Virus record (IMG/VR): IMGVR_UViG_3300009788_000121
Location: 1-53,202 of that record
Direction: 5' to 3' (one strand)
Origin: a virus
Taxonomy: Duplodnaviria > Caudoviricetes
Length of the DNA stretch: 53,202 nt
Of the stretch, positions 47,799 through 53,202 are shown piece by piece (positions within the stretch are counted from its first letter, which is position 1; every line of letters begins with the position of its first letter). The position numbers and the translations under genes were made by a program. The notes under the pieces are model-generated. The model worked only from the letters and a program-made list of their open reading frames with translations, ran no database searches and was not told the origin of the DNA.

Positions 47799-48480
47799 AT
47801 TAGTTAGTTATACACAGCCTAGTCCTGAATTAATTGACGGAGTTAATACTTATGAGTTAGAAGATTTAATCTCATACTGTGCTAGAGTCAGCAATCCAGA
47901 TAATCAAAGTAATACAGTTACTAACCGCAGACTTTTAAAATATCTAATTAAGCATAAACATTGGTCACCATTTGAAATGGTGAATATTTGTCTGTCAATA
48001 GAAGTTACTAGAGACATTGCTAGACAAATATTAAGACATAGAAGTTTTAGTTTTCAAGAGTTTAGTCAACGATATGCAGATCCTACTTGTGAACTTAGTT
48101 TTCAAGAACGAGATGCAAGATTACAAGATGAAAGTAATCGTCAAAATTCTTTAGATTGCCAGGATTTAAACCTGGATGCTGAATGGAAATACAAACAACG
48201 TGTACTTATTAACGCAGCAGATGATACGTATAGATGGGCAAGATCACACAATATTGCTAAAGAGCAAGCCCGTGCAGTTTTGCCAGAGGGGTGTACTTTA
48301 TCAAGAATGTACATGAACGGTTCACTACGTAGTTGGATACATTATATACAATTACGTAGTGATGTAACAACACAATTAGAACATAGGGAAGTAGCTAATG
48401 CCTGTAAAGATGTAATAGCTGAAATTTTTCCCTTGATAAATGATGTACTGGAAAAAGCAGAGGAGAGTACCGACTCGTGA
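47788..48480 (+). CDS. thyX: FAD-dependent thymidylate synthase
   Basis: 'HWSPFEM', 'RQILRHRSFSFQEFSQRY', 'EQARAVLP', 'QLEHR'. Confidence 0.96.
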   Translation: MKVKLVSYTQPSPELIDGVNTYELEDLISYCARVSNPDNQSNTVTNRRLLKYLIKHKHWSPFEMVNICLSIEVTRDIARQILRHRSFSFQEFSQRYADPTCELSFQERDARLQDESNRQNSLDCQDLNLDAEWKYKQRVLINAADDTYRWARSHNIAKEQARAVLPEGCTLSRMYMNGSLRSWIHYIQLRSDVTTQLEHREVANACKDVIAEIFPLINDVLEKAEESTDS

Positions 48481-48608
48481 TCCAGAGAGAACGGTTTCCG
48501 CAGTCTTTACAGTACGGTATTAAACCTGTATAGATTGTTGTAGGGGACGGTTGGTAGGTAGCAATCGTAAGGCTAGCACTTTTTGCTAAGTCCAACTACA
48601 TTTTTATC

Positions 48609-48638
48609 TTGACACTTGTATTAAAATATGAGATAATA
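48609..48638 (+). promoter_or_regulatory. Sigma70 promoter for the second tRNA block
   Basis: TTGACA...TG-A-GATAAT directly before tRNA-Tyr. Confidence 0.7.
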
Positions 48639-48651
48639 TATATTAAATAAA

Positions 48652-48744
48652 GGATAAGACGCGAATATTGGCATAAGTCGCCACGGTCTGTAAAACCGTA
48701 GTCTGCTAGACAGGATGTTGGTTCGATTCCAACCTTATCCACCA
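48652..48744 (+). tRNA. tRNA-Tyr(GTA)
   Basis: CTGTAAA loop, long variable arm, CCA. Confidence 0.85.
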
Positions 48745-48750
48745 AATTAT

Positions 48751-48826
48751 TCCAGAGTAGCTTTAATGGTAGAGCGTCCGGCTGTTAACCGGGTGGTTGG
48801 GAGTTCGAGTCTCTCCTCTGGAGCCA
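48751..48826 (+). tRNA. tRNA-Asn(GTT)
   Basis: TCC...GGA-G-CCA, CTGTTAA loop. Confidence 0.92.
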
Positions 48827-48918
48827 AATTGATCGTTAATGGTGCTGCGCGATTTAAAATAAGCTTCGTTACTACAGGATGGGGAGTAACCTGTATAATC
48901 ATCTGCCCCACTAATTTA

Positions 48919-48994
48919 GGCCGCATAGCTCAACTGGTAGAGCATTCCCCTGTCACGGGAAAGGTTAGGGATTCGAATTCCCTTGTGGTCGCCA
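48919..48994 (+). tRNA. tRNA-Asp(GTC)
   Basis: CTGTCAC loop, G73, CCA. Confidence 0.9.
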
Positions 48995-49059
48995 AACATC
49001 GCGACGTGCCGAATGCAACGGTACTGCTAGTGGGGATTCCACGACTAGCTTAATATTTT

Positions 49060-49136
49060 GGGTCTTTAGCTCAGCTTGGTAGAGCGCTGCCCTTACAAGA
49101 CAGATGTCGGCGGTTCGATCCCGTCAAGACCCACCA
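49060..49136 (+). tRNA. tRNA-Val(TAC)
   Basis: CTTACAA loop, CCA. Confidence 0.9.
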
Positions 49137-49214
49137 ATTTAAGGAATAGAAATGAGAGAAAAAGAAGTGCCTTAGTTACCTCTAATCGTTGTACGATGAT
49201 TAGGAGGTGATTAG

Positions 49215-49376
49215 ATGAATGAAGATCGCTTTAAAGGTTGGTCACATCGCCAGAAGTCAATGTGGCTTATGGTAGAGAGTTTTGCCAACCAAGAAATCCC
49301 GAAAACGCACGAGAATTGCATGAAAATTCTTAAAGTTGCAAGACCGGGTAAAACAAATCGAGACCGGGGTAAGTAA
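49215..49376 (+). CDS. 53-aa hypothetical protein
   Basis: TAGGAGGTGA RBS; MNEDRFKGWSHRQKSMWL...RDRGK. Confidence 0.6.
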   Translation: MNEDRFKGWSHRQKSMWLMVESFANQEIPKTHENCMKILKVARPGKTNRDRGK

Positions 49377-49388
49377 TTACTCCACCAA

Positions 49389-49464
49389 GCAGCATTAGAT
49401 TACAGGGTTAAATCACTGGGCCTTCACCCCGGAGAAATCGGTTCGATACCGTTATGCTGTACCA
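49389..49464 (+). tRNA. tRNA-Glu(TTC), atypical (C33)
   Basis: Cloverleaf; loop CCTTCAC; CCA. Confidence 0.75.
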
Positions 49465-49473
49465 AATAACAGT

Positions 49474-49551
49474 GAGGTTCGTAGCTTAAATGGATAAAGC
49501 CCTCGGATGTGACCCAAGAAGATGCCAGTTCGAATCTGGTCGTTCCTACCA
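49474..49551 (+). tRNA. tRNA-His(GTG), degenerate
   Basis: ATGTGAC loop and T-arm intact; two T-T mismatches in the acceptor stem. Confidence 0.6.
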
Positions 49552-49562
49552 CTGTAATAATT

Positions 49563-49639
49563 CGGAGCATAGCTCAGCCTGGTAGAGCGCCGCGTTTGGG
49601 ACGCGGAAGTCGAGAGTTCGAATCCCTCTGTTCCGACCA
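49563..49639 (+). tRNA. tRNA-Pro(TGG)
   Basis: CGG...CCG-A-CCA, TTTGGGA loop. Confidence 0.92.
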
Positions 49640-49654
49640 ATTTAAGGAATAAAA

Positions 49655-50050
49655 ATGAAAAAAAATTTAGGTTTAATTTTAACCTTACTAATATTTACAG
49701 GTATTGTTCAAGCAGCACCTAATTCAACATTTACAGCTACAGCACCAACCCAGTATGAATCTGGAGAAGTTATTCCAGCAACAGATACATTAACATATAC
49801 TGTTTATTGTGGAGATAAAGCAGGAGGCCCTTACTTATCTTCATTTCCAAATGTATTATTGATCGCTGGAACTGTAATTGATGTAGCACTTTGTGTTAAT
49901 GGAGTACCAGGCACATATTTTTTTGTAGCTACTGCAACATCTACAGTATTTGCAAGTGAATCATTATTTAGTAATGAAGTTATACGAACTTATAGTGCAG
50001 CAGAACTTGGCAGAGTACCAAATGCACCGACATTATTCACAGTACAATGA
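49655..50050 (+). CDS. Secreted fibronectin type III-like protein
   Basis: Signal peptide (VQA|A); 'TAPTQYESG..YTVYCG..GTYFFVATA..ESLFSNEV'. Confidence 0.7.
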   Translation: MKKNLGLILTLLIFTGIVQAAPNSTFTATAPTQYESGEVIPATDTLTYTVYCGDKAGGPYLSSFPNVLLIAGTVIDVALCVNGVPGTYFFVATATSTVFASESLFSNEVIRTYSAAELGRVPNAPTLFTVQ

Positions 50051-50388
50051 AAATGATGCTTCTAGCATTAATATTAATGTTAGTAAGTTGTAGTGGTTCT
50101 TCTAAACCTCAAAAATGTATGGCTACTTTAACATGGGCAACTCCCACAGAAAGATTAGATGGTACACCGTTAAGTTTAAGTGAATTAAGTAAAATTACTA
50201 TATACATGAGTGAACAAGAGGATACAGATACTATTTTTTTGGAAAGGGTTGAAGATTTACATGATGTAAATTTTATAACTTGGGAATTAAAAAATTTACC
50301 ACCAGGCCAACATTGGTTTTATATAACAGTTACTGATATAGAAAATCATATAAGTCCTTTTAGTAATATATTAGGAAAAATTTGTTAA
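50047..50388 (+). CDS. Fibronectin type III-like lipoprotein
   Basis: LVSC lipobox; 'LTWATPTERLDGTPLSLSEL..WFYITVTD..SPFSN'. Confidence 0.72.
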   Translation: MKMMLLALILMLVSCSGSSKPQKCMATLTWATPTERLDGTPLSLSELSKITIYMSEQEDTDTIFLERVEDLHDVNFITWELKNLPPGQHWFYITVTDIENHISPFSNILGKIC

Positions 50389-50463
50389 GGTGGCGAAGCT
50401 GAATGGCTAAGCAGCGTCCTCATAAGGCGTGCGTCGCTGGTTCGATTCCAGCCGTCACTACCA
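50389..50463 (+). tRNA. tRNA(CAT), elongator Met or Ile2
   Basis: CTCATAA loop, CCA. Confidence 0.85.
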
Positions 50464-50472
50464 AGGTATAAT

Positions 50473-51891
50473 ATGAAACGTAAAGATTTTATAAAAACAA
50501 TATTACTTATAGCATTATATACTACAAGTAGTTGGGGGCAACAAATTCCTATATCACCAACTAATTTAATAGTTGATAATACTAGTAATTTATCTCCACC
50601 TTTATATGATGAGTTTGTAACATTATTTACTAATATAGCTGAAAGTTCTGCTAATAATTTTGCTGCTGGTGGATTTAATGTTGAAGCCGACGAATACAAA
50701 GAGAATGGAATACGAAGTGTATTTTATTCTGGTTATGATAATTTATGGCGAGCTAGAGAATGGGGAATTAGAACAGGTAATTCTGTAATTATAAATCAAG
50801 AAGGTTTAGAACGAGCATTAGATGTACAGTTGCATCGTTGGGGTAAAGGTCCAACTCCTGCTTGGCATAGAGCAGCAGATGTTCCTTATCATGCATTGCA
50901 ACGTGGTGAATCCTATTTTGAAACATATGTAATAATGAATGATTTATTTAGACATATACACGGTTGGCAATCTAGTAATAATCCATTAACAGAAGGTGCT
51001 TTTGTATTTGGTAGACTTAATGAATTTGGAAGTGGATTAATTGATACAACTTCACCTTTATGGAAAGAAATAAGATTTACAAGTAAAAGTCGTTCAGTAA
51101 TGTATTTAGCAAGAGCTAATATTTACTGGGAACGAGCAGGTAATTCTAGGTGGGTGGATCAACAACAAGGGATTGAAACATTACCTTGGTTATATATGGC
51201 CATGATAAATCATTTGTATCGTTGGAAACATGAATTTTTAAATCAAGAGAGTAGTAATAGTTTAGCATCAGATAGTAGTGCTTATTTTATGATGTCTACA
51301 ACAATAGATACTCTTAGAATATGTAGAGAATGGTTTTTAGAAACGGGTGAAAATCCTGAACAATATATGCCCACACAAGTGTTATACGGAGATTACTTAG
51401 ATGAGAGTTCAATATTATTTTATGTAGATAATCCCTGGACAACTACTATAGAAGCAATTACTAAATTTTTAGATTGGCAATTTGCAGCAATAGATGGTGT
51501 ACAAATATTTAATACTCCATATCCTGCAACTTCACCATACTTCAGAGTTACTAAAGATAATGTAGATAGATTTGGAATCCAAAAAATAGTTGGAGATCCA
51601 ATGTTAAATATTATATCTAATGGTTTTGTGGAAACATTACATAGATCCGATAGAGCTAGTCCGCAAAGAGATATTCAAATGATGAATGTTATTAATCTTT
51701 GGTGGATGGCATCTGAATTAGATGGAATAGACAATGTACGACGAGATAAATATATTCGTTGGGGAGATTTAATATTTGCTGGTGCAGTTGATAATGGAAT
51801 AGGTTTTACGCAAAAAGCTAAAAACCAGCAAATGTATGTAATATGGGAAGCTTTAGAATATAGAAATGCAGTAAGAAATAGGAATGATTAA
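50473..51891 (+). CDS. Exported 472-aa protein of unknown function
   Basis: Signal peptide 'MKRKDFIKTILLIALYTTSSWG'; Trp/Tyr-rich. Confidence 0.7.
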   Translation: MKRKDFIKTILLIALYTTSSWGQQIPISPTNLIVDNTSNLSPPLYDEFVTLFTNIAESSANNFAAGGFNVEADEYKENGIRSVFYSGYDNLWRAREWGIRTGNSVIINQEGLERALDVQLHRWGKGPTPAWHRAADVPYHALQRGESYFETYVIMNDLFRHIHGWQSSNNPLTEGAFVFGRLNEFGSGLIDTTSPLWKEIRFTSKSRSVMYLARANIYWERAGNSRWVDQQQGIETLPWLYMAMINHLYRWKHEFLNQESSNSLASDSSAYFMMSTTIDTLRICREWFLETGENPEQYMPTQVLYGDYLDESSILFYVDNPWTTTIEAITKFLDWQFAAIDGVQIFNTPYPATSPYFRVTKDNVDRFGIQKIVGDPMLNIISNGFVETLHRSDRASPQRDIQMMNVINLWWMASELDGIDNVRRDKYIRWGDLIFAGAVDNGIGFTQKAKNQQMYVIWEALEYRNAVRNRND

Positions 51892-51978
51892 AATGAACTG
51901 AAGTTAGAGCACCTCCTCTTTTAATTTTAAAATCAAAAACATCGACTTGAATTTTAACTATTGAAAGAGTATAATATA

Positions 51979-52302
51979 ATGATAAATAAGAAATTAGCAC
52001 TAAAGATTAAGGTAAAACATTTGGCTGAGGAAGCCCGAATTATTAGAAAAGAAGAGCAGAAGAATCGTGGAGACACTAGAGACTGGCTTTATCTACATCG
52101 TATTAATGGTGTACGTCCTGAGTGTCGTGCTTCGCACATCGCTTACGCGTTTACAAAGGGGACTGCGCTTGAAAAGATTGAGAGATATCCGAGCCAAATC
52201 CCGTTCACAGTATGGACGAGAGTAACAAAAATGGTTAAGCTATACTCCAATAAAAGTATGCAAGAATATAAAACATGGCTTGGTAGTTCAATGGCAGAAT
52301 AG
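51979..52302 (+). CDS. Basic hypothetical phage protein
   Basis: 'LKIKVKHLAEEARIIRKEE..LHR..VRPECRASHIAYAF'; 3' end overlaps a tRNA. Confidence 0.65.
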   Translation: MINKKLALKIKVKHLAEEARIIRKEEQKNRGDTRDWLYLHRINGVRPECRASHIAYAFTKGTALEKIERYPSQIPFTVWTRVTKMVKLYSNKSMQEYKTWLGSSMAE

Positions 52303-52351
52303 TGGGATTTCAACCTCAAAGATGCGGGTTCAAGTCCCGTCGGAGCCTCCA
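52277..52351 (+). tRNA. Cys-type tRNA body with TCA-containing anticodon loop
   Basis: GGC..GCC-T-CCA acceptor; anticodon arm TGGG-ATTTCAAC-CTCA. Confidence 0.6.
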
Positions 52352-52357
52352 AATTAT

Positions 52358-52437
52358 GGGGATGTATACCCTCCGCCTGATACGCGGTAGAAAGGTTAAC
52401 TGGTTCCACGTTGGTTCGACTCCATCCATCCCTACCA
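52358..52437 (+). tRNA. D-arm-less tRNA-Ile(GAT)-like RNA
   Basis: GGGGATG/CATCCCT-A-CCA; CCGC-CTGATAC-GCGG; T-arm present; no D-stem; long variable region. Confidence 0.65.
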
Positions 52438-52555
52438 AATAAGGATAATTATGAGTAAAATTACAAAATACTTTTTCTTTGTATTAGCGATAGCAATAGT
52501 GTTATTTTTAGTATATGGAGGATTAAGTATATATGGATTATCAAAATTTAATTAA

Positions 52556-52631
<76 letters not shown>

Positions 52632-52636
52632 AACAA

Positions 52637-52828
52637 TGCCGACCCCCCGGGGAGCGAACGCGACGTGATGATCTGGGGAAAGGCTTTTTATTACAATTAC
52701 ACGCTCTACAGAGAGGAAGCTCAGGACAGGCGCTTAGGCTTAGGAGAGAAATCGTTTACTAAGTATATAGCCTGCAACGCAAACAGGATGAAGGGAACCA
52801 AAGCCCTAATGATTCCGGGTAGCGGCCA
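52637..52828 (+). ncRNA. ~190-nt CCA-ended orphan RNA
   Basis: GCCG..CCCGG / CCGGG..CGGC-CA closing helices; GGCTTT/AAAGCC inner pairing; AACAAT spacer after tRNA-Trp. Confidence 0.5.
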
Positions 52829-52877
52829 ACAGATGAATGTGTATTAATACAGAATCCTGGCTATAAAGTAATATCAC

Positions 52878-52952
52878 GGGTACGTAACTCAATTGGTAGA
52901 GTCATGCCTCTTAAGCAGAAAGATACAGGTTCGATGCCTGTCGTACCCACCA
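52878..52952 (+). tRNA. tRNA-Lys(CTT)
   Basis: GGGTACG/CGTACCC-A-CCA, CTCTTAA loop. Confidence 0.85.
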
Positions 52953-52993
52953 AATTTATAAACGATGGGCTGTTCCCATCTAGGAGAAATAAA

Positions 52994-53134
52994 ATGAACA
53001 AAGCAGAAAAAGATAATAGATACGAAGCGTTAAACAGTGCAGTAAGACATAAAGCTAGGGGAGATACTGCTGAAGATATAGTTCAAAATGCTAAAAAGTA
53101 TCTTGCATTTCTAGAAGGTGAAAAGAAAGAATAA
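52994..53134 (+). CDS. 46-aa hypothetical protein
   Basis: AGGAG RBS before ATG 52994. Confidence 0.55.
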   Translation: MNKAEKDNRYEALNSAVRHKARGDTAEDIVQNAKKYLAFLEGEKKE

Positions 53135-53137
53135 TAT

Positions 53138-53200
<63 letters not shown>

Positions 53201-53202
53201 CA

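Noticed and set aside
48830-49050. Spacer segments 48830-48912 and 49000-49050 as additional small RNAs
   Set aside because: Some hairpins are present but no convincing terminal stem plus CCA; too weak to call.

Overview
This window is part of a T5-like (Demerecviridae-type) siphophage genome, probably infecting a Gram-negative Proteobacterium. All assignments come from reading motifs and synteny by eye; no searches were run. 1-22.0 kb (minus strand) is the morphogenesis module: J-like tail tip (runs off the left edge), NlpC/P60-like protein, hub, Dit, tape measure, -1-frameshifted tail chaperones, T5-type tube/terminator/completion proteins, an in-frame protease-major capsid fusion, portal, nickase, TerL and TerS. 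Two unexpected genes are inserted there: a PagL-like lipid A deacylase and a membrane-anchored PAS protein. About 22.1-29.2 kb looks like the terminal-repeat / first-step-transfer region (dmp, a DEDDh exonuclease, two A2-family genes, no recognisable A1). It is dense in composite palindromes, Fur-box-like and sigma54-like sites and contains a ~400-nt candidate ncRNA. D2/D3-like genes and many small early genes follow. From 39.4 kb there is a large RNA island with a GOLLD-like giant RNA, a second large structured RNA, about 17 tRNA or tRNA-like genes, a series of orphan CCA-ended RNAs and the acceptor piece of an apparently two-piece tmRNA. The strongest candidate for an undescribed system is this RNA island, especially a circularly permuted tRNA-like domain built into the GOLLD RNA, together with the CCA-tailed non-tRNA RNAs and an alanine-type microhelix capping an mRNA.
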